Assembly: GCA_964415895.1 (NCBI GenBank)
Contig: CAYQCC010000007.1
Location: 1 to 53,201 of the forward strand
Direction of reading: 5' to 3'
Source: an uncultured Candidatus Saccharibacteria bacterium
GTDB taxonomy: Bacteria > Patescibacteriota > Minisyncoccia > Phycocordibacterales > UBA1006
DNA length: 53,201 bases
Both the position numbers and the translations under genes were made by a program. Shown one piece after another: positions 44,302 to 53,201 of the stretch. Under the pieces are notes generated by a model, which ran no database searches, was not told where the DNA came from, and saw nothing but the letters and a program-made list of their open reading frames with translations. Within the stretch, counting starts at the first letter, position 1. Every line of letters begins with the position of its first letter.

Positions 44302-44769
44302 ATGTATATCAATAAAGCAATCATTGCAGGAAATGTAACACGAGATCCCGAACTAAAATCATTGCCATCAGGCATCAAAATTACGACTTTTTCAATCGCA
44401 ACCAATCGTTTCTGGAAAGATGCGACAACGGGTGAACGAAAGGAAATGGCTGAATATCACAATGTTGTGGTATTCGGACGCCAAGCTGAAACATGTGCAC
44501 AATATGTAAAGCGAGGAAGTCAGATTTCAGTTATCGGACGAATTCAAACTCGAAGCTGGGAGCAGGACGGTCAAAAAAAATACCGAACTGAAATCATCGC
44601 CGAGGATGTACAATTCGGATCACGGCCTCAAACAGGGAACAGTGGTTCTGCCACACCTTCTTATTCAAACTCGAATTCAGGTGGTGCACCAGCTCCATCC
44701 AATGATTCGCCAATTGATTATCCAGACGCAGACGCTCTCGACATCAATCCTGACGACATTCCATTTTAA
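44302..44769 (+). CDS. ssb: Single-stranded DNA-binding protein
   Basis: [24 protein letters not shown]-terminal DDIPF. Confidence 0.97.
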   Translation: MYINKAIIAGNVTRDPELKSLPSGIKITTFSIATNRFWKDATTGERKEMAEYHNVVVFGRQAETCAQYVKRGSQISVIGRIQTRSWEQDGQKKYRTEIIAEDVQFGSRPQTGNSGSATPSYSNSNSGGAPAPSNDSPIDYPDADALDINPDDIPF

Positions 44770-44795
44770 TCTTACATATTCAGTCAACAAACTGT

Positions 44796-45002
44796 ATGTC
44801 ACAACAACAATGTTATTTCAAATCTAATAATATCAAGTATATTGATTACAAAGATATTGAAATCTTGAAGAAATTCCTTGGTTCAACTGGTAAAATCTTA
44901 CCTCGAAAACGAACAGGAACAACGCTTAAAAACCAACGAGCTCTGTCTCTAGCGGTAAAACGAGCTCGATTTATGGGATTATTGCCATATATCGAAGCAT
45001 AG
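44796..45002 (+). CDS. rpsR: 30S ribosomal protein S18
   Basis: IDYKD...[25 protein letters not shown]. Confidence 0.97.
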   Translation: MSQQQCYFKSNNIKYIDYKDIEILKKFLGSTGKILPRKRTGTTLKNQRALSLAVKRARFMGLLPYIEA

Positions 45003-45097
45003 AGCACAACCCAGTAGGTCATTTTGCGAAATGAAAAAGCCTTATTTATAGGGTTTTTTTGTTGTTTTCACACATATAAATTATGTCAATAGATGAC

Positions 45098-45126
45098 TTG
45101 ACAAATATGTCTAAATATGCTAACAT
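45098..45126 (+). promoter_or_regulatory. sigma70 promoter of the 662-aa orphan
   Basis: TTGACA-17 nt-TAACAT with TG extension. Confidence 0.65.
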
Positions 45127-45257
45127 ATGGGTAATTGGTGTTCCTTGTAAAATATTGATTAATTTAATAATTAGATGATTTTCAGGCCTTAAACCGTTTT
45201 GAGAGTTGAAAATCATCTAATTAAAAACAATTAAATTAATCATTAAAAATCAATATC

Positions 45258-47246
45258 ATGAACACAACAACAACAGTAAACAAATTAGACGCCTTGAAAG
45301 AATTATCAGGCGCAACCACTCTAAGTGGTATGAGAAAAATATTGGAAAAAGCTGGACAAATGCTTTCTCCAACATTCTCAAAAATGGAAAGTGATGAACA
45401 AAACGCGAAAGTAGTAAAGTTCATCATATTTATCATCGCACTGGTAGCCATCTGCATAGTAACATCGTTTGCTTATGCTGGTGGTGATATCGCTATGTCA
45501 CATGGTGGTAGTGCAGCACTTGTATGTGGTGCAGTAGATGCATCACTTGCTATATTTTTATACGCACAAGTGATTAAAGGAAAAGCACGTTGGGGTGCTC
45601 TTGGTTTTGAAATTGTAACATTGGCATTACTTGGTTACTTAATGACTGGGTATTTCGGAAAGGATAATCTTAAAACGGTTACCGAATCCAAAATATCTGC
45701 AGATTATGAAATCGTAAACAAATACAGAACCAGTGTTCAATCTATTGCAGATCAAGCTACTCGCGCAGCACAAAACGCTGCAGAAGTTGCACAATTAGAA
45801 TTCGATCGTGACGGTAAAGGTGTTGTATATGAAAAAGGAATGATGATCGCTGGAATGAAAATAGATAGCGTTCCATCAGCTCCACAATTCACTAAAACAC
45901 CAGACTTTGCTTCATTAAAAGATGCAAACAAATATTTACGCGACGAAAGAAAAAAACTTTCTGATATGATTTCCAAAATAAGCGCTACCGGTACTGCTAT
46001 TCAACAGCAAGTAGGTGGTGTAAATGAAGGATTGAAACAGGCGTTTGTTATGGGTTTATCTCAGCAACAAACAAACAACTTACAGGTATTGTCTGGAACA
46101 TTGACTGCCATTGAAAAAGCTGACATTGCAAATGCTAAATTATCTGAAAGTGTTTTAACGCATGACGATTTAAAAGCAGATGGAATGCAAGGATTATTCG
46201 GATACGGCGCTGACATTATTGTTATATTTTTTATTGTAATGCTTGCATTGCAAAAAGAAAATACAACTAATATCGACAGTGTTCGTGATTCAGAAGGTAA
46301 GTTGTTGGCTCAAGAAATCTTATCTGAAGAAAACATTCCTTTTGATTCTGAAAAAATATCAAACATAAAATTCAAAACACTGCATGAAGCAATAAAAGCT
46401 ATTATGAGTGACGAAACATTAAAGTTATATGTTAAAAAACAAATGAGCTTTAATGAGTATTTGGAATTTATGAGAGATGAGCCTGTTTTAGCTAAAAAAT
46501 TAGGCAGCTCAAAATGGGCATTTAGAGACATTAAAAAAGAGCTGAATAAAAATGAAGAATTTTTATCAGTGGCACAAGATGCCATCCAAATGTCTCCATC
46601 AGCATGGAAAGCAGTAAGTGTGATTGTTAAAGATCCAGGTATTGTTTTTGAAATGGAAGAAACAACAAGAGAAAGTTTCCTTCAAATGCTGTTAAGCTTA
46701 AATGGTAAGTTAGATAAGCCAGCAAAAGTAAGTGAATTTATGGGAAGAATTATCACAAACTATTCTGACCTTTCAAAATCTTATTTAAAAACACTGGAAA
46801 CATGTATTGAAAAGCTTCCAGCAACGCAATTATCTAATTTACAACCTGAATTCATTAAAAACATCTCTGCAGATGTAGCGGCACATTTATGCCCTATGAT
46901 CGACGCCGATTCATCAGTGTTTAATTCCATCGTGAGAGCGTGGAAAGAACAAACAAATGATGATTATCAGTTGATAATAGGAAACGGTGTTGTTAATCAA
47001 CCATTATTCGAAAGATTGTGGAAGCAAGGTATTATTAATGGAGGAATGGATGGATTATTGGCTATGATCCAGGCTTACAAAGCTAAAAAGCAAGAATGTA
47101 ATTCAACTACGGTTGGAAACAAGTTTGTTTCTATAGAGCCAAAGTTCAAAGAATTGGAAACTGCCTTAAACAGTGAAAACACTACAGAATTCTTAAGAAT
47201 TCTGAAAGAATCATTTGTTGCAAAAGTAAGACCAATGAACGCTTAA
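45258..47246 (+). CDS. Hypothetical membrane protein with coiled-coil and helical cytoplasmic regions
   Basis: Three N-terminal TMs, coiled-coil, a fourth TM, then about 330 aa helical C-terminus. Confidence 0.7.
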   Translation: MNTTTTVNKLDALKELSGATTLSGMRKILEKAGQMLSPTFSKMESDEQNAKVVKFIIFIIALVAICIVTSFAYAGGDIAMSHGGSAALVCGAVDASLAIFLYAQVIKGKARWGALGFEIVTLALLGYLMTGYFGKDNLKTVTESKISADYEIVNKYRTSVQSIADQATRAAQNAAEVAQLEFDRDGKGVVYEKGMMIAGMKIDSVPSAPQFTKTPDFASLKDANKYLRDERKKLSDMISKISATGTAIQQQVGGVNEGLKQAFVMGLSQQQTNNLQVLSGTLTAIEKADIANAKLSESVLTHDDLKADGMQGLFGYGADIIVIFFIVMLALQKENTTNIDSVRDSEGKLLAQEILSEENIPFDSEKISNIKFKTLHEAIKAIMSDETLKLYVKKQMSFNEYLEFMRDEPVLAKKLGSSKWAFRDIKKELNKNEEFLSVAQDAIQMSPSAWKAVSVIVKDPGIVFEMEETTRESFLQMLLSLNGKLDKPAKVSEFMGRIITNYSDLSKSYLKTLETCIEKLPATQLSNLQPEFIKNISADVAAHLCPMIDADSSVFNSIVRAWKEQTNDDYQLIIGNGVVNQPLFERLWKQGIINGGMDGLLAMIQAYKAKKQECNSTTVGNKFVSIEPKFKELETALNSENTTEFLRILKESFVAKVRPMNA

Positions 47247-47283
47247 AATTGAAAATTTTCATTAGTTTTATAAAACTAATAGG

Positions 47284-47315
47284 GGTGCGATTACGTAAGT
47301 AATCGCACCTTTTTT
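47284..47315 (+). terminator. Intrinsic terminator
   Basis: GGTGCGATTAC-GTAA-GTAATCGCACC followed by TTTTTT. Confidence 0.85.
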
Positions 47316-47390
47316 GTATGATTTTTTTCTCTAAATGTGCTATACTAATACGTATTAACCAGCATTATATCCTTAATTTGAAACATTATT

Positions 47391-49448
47391 ATGGCAAAAG
47401 ATGAAGAAAAAAAGGCTAAAAAAGTAGAGTCTTATGGAGCAGATTCCATCACAGTCCTAGAAGGGTTGGATCCAGTGCGAAAGCGTCCTGGAATGTATAT
47501 TGGTTCAACAGGAACAGAAGGTCTGCACCACTTAATTACGGAAATCTTCGATAACTCACGAGATGAGGCAATGGCAGGACATGCGAACCATATCGAGGTT
47601 TCGCTTCTTCCAGGTAACCGCGTACGCGTTGTAGATAATGGTCGTGGTATTCCTGTTGGAATCCATTCGAAAACAAAAGTTTCAGCTCTTGAGACTATTT
47701 TAACTGTGCTTCATGCCGGTGGAAAATTCGGTGACGGTGGATATAAAGTTTCTGGAGGTCTTCACGGAGTAGGTTCATCTGTGGTAAATGCGCTTTCAAT
47801 TTATATGCGTGCGGAAGTTCACCTAGGTGGAGAAATTCACATGCAGGAATATTCAATTGGTAAACCAAAAGCAAAAGTAAAAGTTATCGGGAAGACAAAA
47901 TTCCAGGGAACTATCATTACGTTTGAACCTGATATTGAAATTTTCAAGGAGATTAAATTTAACTGGCACAAGATTACGAGTCGTTTACGCGAGCAAGCAT
48001 ACCTTGCAAAGAAATTACGTATTTCTGCAATTGACGCACGTGAATCTACGAATGTTCCAGATCTACTTACAAAAACGTTCTTGATCGATATGGGAATCGA
48101 GCTTCCATCAATGTCGTTCTATTTTGAAAGCGGATTACCATCAATGGTTCTGTCTATGAACATGGGCAAGAAACCAGTTCACCAAAACATGTTTTATGTG
48201 GAAAAAGATATCGATGATATTAATGTAGAAATTGCATTGCAATACGTAGATGATATTGATAGTAAAATTATTCCATTTGCAAACCACATTTTTACAATTG
48301 AAGGTGGACAGCATGTAACGGGATTTAAAACTGCGCTGACACGAACATTAAATACGTATAATAAGGAAAAGAAAATCTTGAAAGACGGTGAAACATTTGA
48401 CGGAGGCGATGTACTTGAAGGGCTAACAGCGGTGATTTCGATCAAGATGCCCGAAATCCAATTCGAAGGTCAAACTAAGGCAAAACTTGGAAGTCCAGAA
48501 GCGCGAGGTGCTGTAGAAACTGTATTTGGAGAAGCACTTTCAACATTCTTTGAGGAACATCCAGATGATGCAAAATCTATTTTGCAAAAGGCAGTACTTG
48601 CGCTTCGTGCACGAAAAGCTGCAAAAGCCGCAAAGGATTCGATCTTACGAAAAGGTGCTCTTGAAGGGTTCACACTTCCTGGAAAACTATCTGATTGTCA
48701 GTCAAAAGACGCTGCAGATTCAGAGTTGTTTATCGTAGAGGGAGACTCTGCGGGTGGAACAGCAAAACAAGGACGTGATCGAAAGACTCAGGCTATTCTT
48801 CCTTTGAAAGGAAAGCCATTGAACGTGGAACGCGCACGACTTGATCGTATTGTTGGATCTGATGAAATTAAACATATCGTTATTGCACTTGGAACATCAA
48901 TCGGCGAAACATTTGATATAACAAAAGCGCGTTATCAAAAGATAATTGTGGCGACAGATGCCGACGTCGATGGTTCACACATTACGACATTGCTGCTTAC
49001 ATTATTTTATCGATATTTGCGACCAGTTATAGAGCATGGATATTTGTATATTGCGCAGCCGCCTTTGTACAAGATCAAAAAAGGAAAGGAAATTGCATAT
49101 GCCTTTTCAGATGATGAACGAGATGCAGTAATCAAAGGTATGGGTGGCGACTCAGCTGTAGTCGTTGATGAGTCTGAAGGAGATGAAGAAGTAGAAGAGA
49201 CAGAAACAACTAAAGCAAAACGATCTAATAAAATATCAACACAACGATATAAAGGACTTGGAGAGATGAACGCAGAGGAGTTATGGGAAACCACCATGGA
49301 TCCAGCGCGACGTATCCTAAAGCAAGTTACAATTGACGATGTGATTGAAGCTGATAAAACTTTTGATATGTTGATGGGAACGGATGTTCCTGCGCGAAAA
49401 TTATTCATTCAGACAAACGCGAAGTCTGTTCTAGATGTAGACTTGTAA
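47391..49448 (+). CDS. gyrB: DNA gyrase subunit B
   Basis: LEGLDPVRKRPGMYIG, GGLHGVG, EGDSAGG, QAILPLKGK, DADVDG, QRYKGLGEMN. Confidence 0.93.
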   Translation: MAKDEEKKAKKVESYGADSITVLEGLDPVRKRPGMYIGSTGTEGLHHLITEIFDNSRDEAMAGHANHIEVSLLPGNRVRVVDNGRGIPVGIHSKTKVSALETILTVLHAGGKFGDGGYKVSGGLHGVGSSVVNALSIYMRAEVHLGGEIHMQEYSIGKPKAKVKVIGKTKFQGTIITFEPDIEIFKEIKFNWHKITSRLREQAYLAKKLRISAIDARESTNVPDLLTKTFLIDMGIELPSMSFYFESGLPSMVLSMNMGKKPVHQNMFYVEKDIDDINVEIALQYVDDIDSKIIPFANHIFTIEGGQHVTGFKTALTRTLNTYNKEKKILKDGETFDGGDVLEGLTAVISIKMPEIQFEGQTKAKLGSPEARGAVETVFGEALSTFFEEHPDDAKSILQKAVLALRARKAAKAAKDSILRKGALEGFTLPGKLSDCQSKDAADSELFIVEGDSAGGTAKQGRDRKTQAILPLKGKPLNVERARLDRIVGSDEIKHIVIALGTSIGETFDITKARYQKIIVATDADVDGSHITTLLLTLFYRYLRPVIEHGYLYIAQPPLYKIKKGKEIAYAFSDDERDAVIKGMGGDSAVVVDESEGDEEVEETETTKAKRSNKISTQRYKGLGEMNAEELWETTMDPARRILKQVTIDDVIEADKTFDMLMGTDVPARKLFIQTNAKSVLDVDL

Positions 49449-49486
49449 TAAAAAACCACTCAATCGAGTGGTTTTTATATTTTTTA

Positions 49487-49687
49487 TTATTTCATTTCTA
49501 AAGCAATAACTGCTTTCAGATCTTCAATCAATAATTGCTTTTCTGCAGCAACTTCAGTCCAGAATGCTTTTAACTCTTTGTCTTTTCCAGCGTCTTTTGT
49601 GTATTCGCTTTGGATGCGCCACAATGATTTCTGCTCTTGTACCAATTGAGTCATTAGGTTATATAGGTTGTTGTTATCTTTTTTCAT
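49487..49687 (-). CDS. Small helical hypothetical protein
   Basis: 66 aa, NLMTQLVQEQKSLWRI..Y..DA; divergent promoter region upstream. Confidence 0.7.
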   Translation of the reverse strand: MKKDNNNLYNLMTQLVQEQKSLWRIQSEYTKDAGKDKELKAFWTEVAAEKQLLIEDLKAVIALEMK

Positions 49688-49816
49688 AGGTTTTTATATT
49701 ATTGGATAATATTTATATTTTACCATAAAAATCCATCTTTCATAAGACATATTGACATAGATATAATATGTGATATGATAATATAGAATTTTATTTACGA
49801 ATGAAAAAATTAAAAC

Positions 49817-50395
49817 ATGAAGAAATTTCTCATCTTATTTGCAACCGTTCTTTTATTGAGCGCTTGCGCTGGTGTTTCTAAAAAGAAAAACGCCAACTCC
49901 TGCTCCATTGTCATCGTTGACGATAAGGTAGCTCACACGTCTGCCGATATCACGATACTGGCATTCAAGGAATCTGCAGAAGGAATTGGAAAACAGCATC
50001 CTGACTGGAACTTGAATCAGATTGATAGTGCTGCCGTTATGGCAACTCTTGATTATGCCAAGAAGCATGATAGGGGCTTTCAATACGTGGCACCGCTTTT
50101 CCAGCTGATAGTGCTTCATTCAGGTGAAGGCAAGTATGCATTGACCGATAGTATTATGCATTATGCCCTTTCTGACATGGACAAGATGTATGCTAACGGC
50201 CCTGAAGTAGCTCATCTCAACCGAAGTGCGATCCTGTACTTCAGGGCAATGTTCCTTTGCCAAGGAGACAACACAGGATTAGTAACTTATGGTCCTTGGC
50301 AAAAAAAATACGACATGCAGCTAAGGGCTCAGGAAAAAAGATTCGAAGATTTTCTGGACCAGCAGACAACGGCAGGAAACTACCCAAAAAATTAA
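49817..50395 (+). CDS. Putative lipoprotein
   Basis: Lipobox LSAC. Confidence 0.7.
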   Translation: MKKFLILFATVLLLSACAGVSKKKNANSCSIVIVDDKVAHTSADITILAFKESAEGIGKQHPDWNLNQIDSAAVMATLDYAKKHDRGFQYVAPLFQLIVLHSGEGKYALTDSIMHYALSDMDKMYANGPEVAHLNRSAILYFRAMFLCQGDNTGLVTYGPWQKKYDMQLRAQEKRFEDFLDQQTTAGNYPKN

Positions 50396-50453
50396 TAGCT
50401 TTTGCTGTTAAACGCAAAAAAAGAAGCAGTCTTAACTGCTTCTTTTTTATTAC

Positions 50454-52211
50454 CTAATTCAACGTTCGTTCGCTAATTTCTGTTTGAAGTTTTGCGAGTA
50501 GTTCATCAATTGAGATGTTCTCGATCTTTAAATCGTTGCGTCCTTCAACAGTTAATGTGTTTGATTCTTTTTCCTTGTCACCAATAATGATTTGGTAGGG
50601 AATCTTTTGCATTTTTGCGGCCCGAACTCGTTTTCCAAGTGAATCATCATCAAGCAATATAATGCGGATGCCGGCGTCTTTCAAGCGCTTATAAACCCCA
50701 TCTGCATATTCACCGTGATGTTCACGTGATACTGGAAGCACTGCAACTTGTACTGGTGTAAGCCATACAGGGAATGCTCCAGCGAAGTGTTCAATCATGA
50801 CACCCATAAATCGTTCAAGGGATCCAGAGATAGCGCGGTGGATAACCACAGGTCGTTCTTTCTCGCCTTTTTCATTGATGAATGAAAGATCAAATCGTTC
50901 TGGAAGATTGAAGTCACATTGAATAGTTGCCAATTGCCATTGTCGGCCAATCGCATCCTTAAACATGAAATCTAGTTTTGGTCCGTAGAATGTCGCTTCG
51001 CCTTCGACTCGTTTATAATTAAGTCCATTTGCAGTAGCTGCAGACTCAAGTGCTCCTTCCGCTGCACTCCACGCCTCTTCTGTTCCTAGGTATGCATCAG
51101 GCGTTTTAGGATCGCGTACTGAAAGTGAAACCCAGTATCCGTCCATCATTCCCATGGTTGTGTAGAACTGTTTAATGATTCCGACAATCGTTGAAACTTC
51201 CTCATTGATTTGCGATACGCGACAGAATAAGTGCCCGTCATCTTGTGTGATTGCTCGCACTCGAGTTAATCCTGAAAGCTGTCCAGTTTTTTCATCGCGA
51301 TACACTGTTGCAGGCTCGAAATAACGAACTGGCATGTCACGATAGGAAAATTGATTGTCTGCAAAGATCTGCATGTGGTGCGGACAGTTCATTGGCTTCA
51401 TGATAAATGATTCATCCTTTCCTTGAACGCGGAATAGTTCGTCACCGAATTTTGCGGCATGCCCTGATGTTTCATACAATGCAACTTTTGCAATATGCGG
51501 AGTCCACACACGTTGGTATCCTTTGTTTTTATGAAGTTCCCACAGGTATTTTTCAACCTCACTACGAATAATCATTCCATTTGGCATAATCAAAGGAAGT
51601 CCTGATCCTACAAGTGGCGACAATGTGAAGAGTTTCATTTGCGTACCAATCTTTCGATGGTCGCGTTTTTCAGCTTCAATGATTTGTGTTTCGTATGCTT
51701 GTAAATCTTCTTTTGTAGAAAATGCCAATCCGTAAATTCGTGTGATCATCTTATTTTTCTCGTCACCACGCCAGTAGGCACCAGCAATGCGATCAAGTTT
51801 GAATGCGTCAGCTTCGATTTCAGTTGCAGGATTATGAACGTGTCCACCTCGACATAGGTCGGTAAATCCACCACATGTATATAGTGTAATTATTTCTCCT
51901 CGAGATACAATTTCATCGATCAGTTCATGTTTGTATATATTTCCCTTAAAGACTTCTTTTGCTTCATCGGCTGAAACTTCTTTATGTGTAAATTCAGTCC
52001 AGTTTTTTAAGTTCTTTCGCATTGATGTTTGGAATTTCTTCAAGTCTTCTTCTGCGATCTTGTCAGTGCCAAAATCAACATCGTAATAAAATCCATTATC
52101 AATCGCAGGTCCAAGCGTTAATTGTGCGTTTGGATAGTATTCCAAAACAGCCTGTGCGAGCAGGTGGGCGAGTGTATGGCGCATAGGCGCTAGGTGTTCG
52201 ATTTGTTCCAT
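50454..52211 (-). CDS. thrS: Threonyl-tRNA synthetase (no N-terminal TGS domain)
   Basis: RHTLAHLLA, DLCRGGH, RDHRKIG, KPMNCP, QDDGHLFC, FYGPK, HRAISGSLERF; start moved to ATG 52211. Confidence 0.96.
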   Translation of the reverse strand: MEQIEHLAPMRHTLAHLLAQAVLEYYPNAQLTLGPAIDNGFYYDVDFGTDKIAEEDLKKFQTSMRKNLKNWTEFTHKEVSADEAKEVFKGNIYKHELIDEIVSRGEIITLYTCGGFTDLCRGGHVHNPATEIEADAFKLDRIAGAYWRGDEKNKMITRIYGLAFSTKEDLQAYETQIIEAEKRDHRKIGTQMKLFTLSPLVGSGLPLIMPNGMIIRSEVEKYLWELHKNKGYQRVWTPHIAKVALYETSGHAAKFGDELFRVQGKDESFIMKPMNCPHHMQIFADNQFSYRDMPVRYFEPATVYRDEKTGQLSGLTRVRAITQDDGHLFCRVSQINEEVSTIVGIIKQFYTTMGMMDGYWVSLSVRDPKTPDAYLGTEEAWSAAEGALESAATANGLNYKRVEGEATFYGPKLDFMFKDAIGRQWQLATIQCDFNLPERFDLSFINEKGEKERPVVIHRAISGSLERFMGVMIEHFAGAFPVWLTPVQVAVLPVSREHHGEYADGVYKRLKDAGIRIILLDDDSLGKRVRAAKMQKIPYQIIIGDKEKESNTLTVEGRNDLKIENISIDELLAKLQTEISERTLN

Positions 52212-52330
52212 AAGTGAATAGACTATAGCATTTAATGTTCGATTTGTGGAGTAGTTTGACATGATACACCATATATGCTATTATAAATTCAGAAGTTATT
52301 TGTATTACATCACTTATTAAAAGTAAAAAC

Positions 52331-52969
52331 ATGAAAAAAGGAATTATTAGATTAGGCATTTATGCCACAGTCGCAATCGGAATCATCTGCATTATTGCAT
52401 CTTGCCATCCTAAGAAAGCGGCGACCGTTCCAATAGAAGCGGCAGCAGCAACGAAGGTAAAACATTTTCCTGAATGGGTTATCAAATCAAATTACACAGA
52501 TCCTGTTAAGTATCAGATTTCGGCGTATGAAGCATTGTGTTGCCAAGATGAAGCAGCTGCAGACAGCACGTATGACACATTGGTGGCGAATATCCTGAAG
52601 CATGTGAAAACAATGACACTTGATAAGATTGATATTGGCGATATTGCATACGCGTATCAATTGCGCGCGTTTTATTTCAATGAAGAGCATACAGCTGAAA
52701 TGATGAAGTCCATACTTCCGTTGCTAGAGCAGCGCGTTCACGGGATCGAGCAACAGGCAAGCCGTGTTAAAAACAAAGAACGAAAAGCAGATTTGGCTGA
52801 TGATGCGTCATTTGAACGAGTTGCAATACTTAATTTAAGAGGCGGAATTCTTTACGGAGGATTTCGAGGTCAATATAATGCACAGATTGACAAATGGGAT
52901 CACCAATTGATTGCTTATGAAAACCGTTTGTATACCGTTATCAAAAAATTAGGAGCTGCCGGTGTTTAG
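52331..52969 (+). CDS. Putative lipoprotein
   Basis: Lipobox-like IASC; promoter TTGACA-17-TATTAT at 52256-52284. Confidence 0.7.
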   Translation: MKKGIIRLGIYATVAIGIICIIASCHPKKAATVPIEAAAATKVKHFPEWVIKSNYTDPVKYQISAYEALCCQDEAAADSTYDTLVANILKHVKTMTLDKIDIGDIAYAYQLRAFYFNEEHTAEMMKSILPLLEQRVHGIEQQASRVKNKERKADLADDASFERVAILNLRGGILYGGFRGQYNAQIDKWDHQLIAYENRLYTVIKKLGAAGV

Positions 52970-53062
52970 TAAAAAAAGAATACCAAAAAAGAAATAAAAA
53001 ATCCTGAACATTGTGTTCAGGATTTTTTATTTCTCAATTTTCAGCTATACTCTCTTTATTAT

Positions 53063-53201
53063 ATGGACATTACATTCTGGAAAGGAATATTTATGGGATT
53101 GTTGATTGCACTGCCGACAGGCGCAGTGAGTTTTATTATCATTCGCCGTATGTATTTGTTCGGAATGAAATCTGGAATGTATTCGGTTATTGGATCAATA
53201 G
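53063..53201 (+). CDS. 3'-truncated LysE-family translocator
   Basis: MDITFWKGIFMGLLIALPTGAVSFIIIRR..G..SG..SVIG; runs off the window end. Confidence 0.65.
   Translation, partial: MDITFWKGIFMGLLIALPTGAVSFIIIRRMYLFGMKSGMYSVIGSI

Noticed and set aside
49007-49408. Antisense ORFs within gyrB and other long genes (also 726-995, 5966-6286, 42086-42469)
   Set aside because: Fully nested opposite confident genes; typical codon-bias shadows.
1-53201. Alternative genetic code (TGA=Gly, as in Gracilibacteria/Absconditabacteria)
   Set aside because: Long core genes are intact under code 11 and TGA serves as a normal stop (e.g. 1799-1801).

Overview
A 53 kb, AT-rich stretch of a small-genome bacterial chromosome. 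It is most consistent with Patescibacteria/CPR (Parcubacteria-like); this is an inference from gene content, AT-rich start regions with few Shine-Dalgarno motifs, A-tract/stem/T-tract bidirectional terminators and a ThrRS without its TGS domain. Standard code 11 fits. The right half carries core genes (metG, msrB, tatD, rpsF-ssb-rpsR, gyrB, thrS) interleaved with orphan secreted or membrane proteins. The left 14 kb is an accessory hotspot: a copper locus with nirK, then a 9,380-bp element encoding a large serine recombinase (LSR), a TerS-like protein and an Avs-like nuclease-STAND NTPase. Main discovery candidate: six co-oriented att-like sites (about 1.9, 3.3, 12.3, 12.7, 13.7 and 14.2 kb) each follow a + strand gene and precede a terminator-like hairpin. 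On the - strand each encodes a version of the recombinase's own C-terminal tail (L-x5-[VLF]-R-[TIK]; one copy has a 1-nt deletion). This looks like an integron-like gene-cassette array built by a mobile serine recombinase whose crossover site lies inside its own 3' end. Other notable items: a C4/CI-like antisense RNA module, NirK with Gln replacing the type-1 Cu axial Met, a cyclodipeptide synthase fused to a solute-binding domain in a metG operon, a NADAR-Fis HTH fusion, and a DUF559 gene bracketed by 38-bp inverted repeats. No tRNA, rRNA or CRISPR array was recognised. All calls come from motif recognition by eye; no database searches were run.
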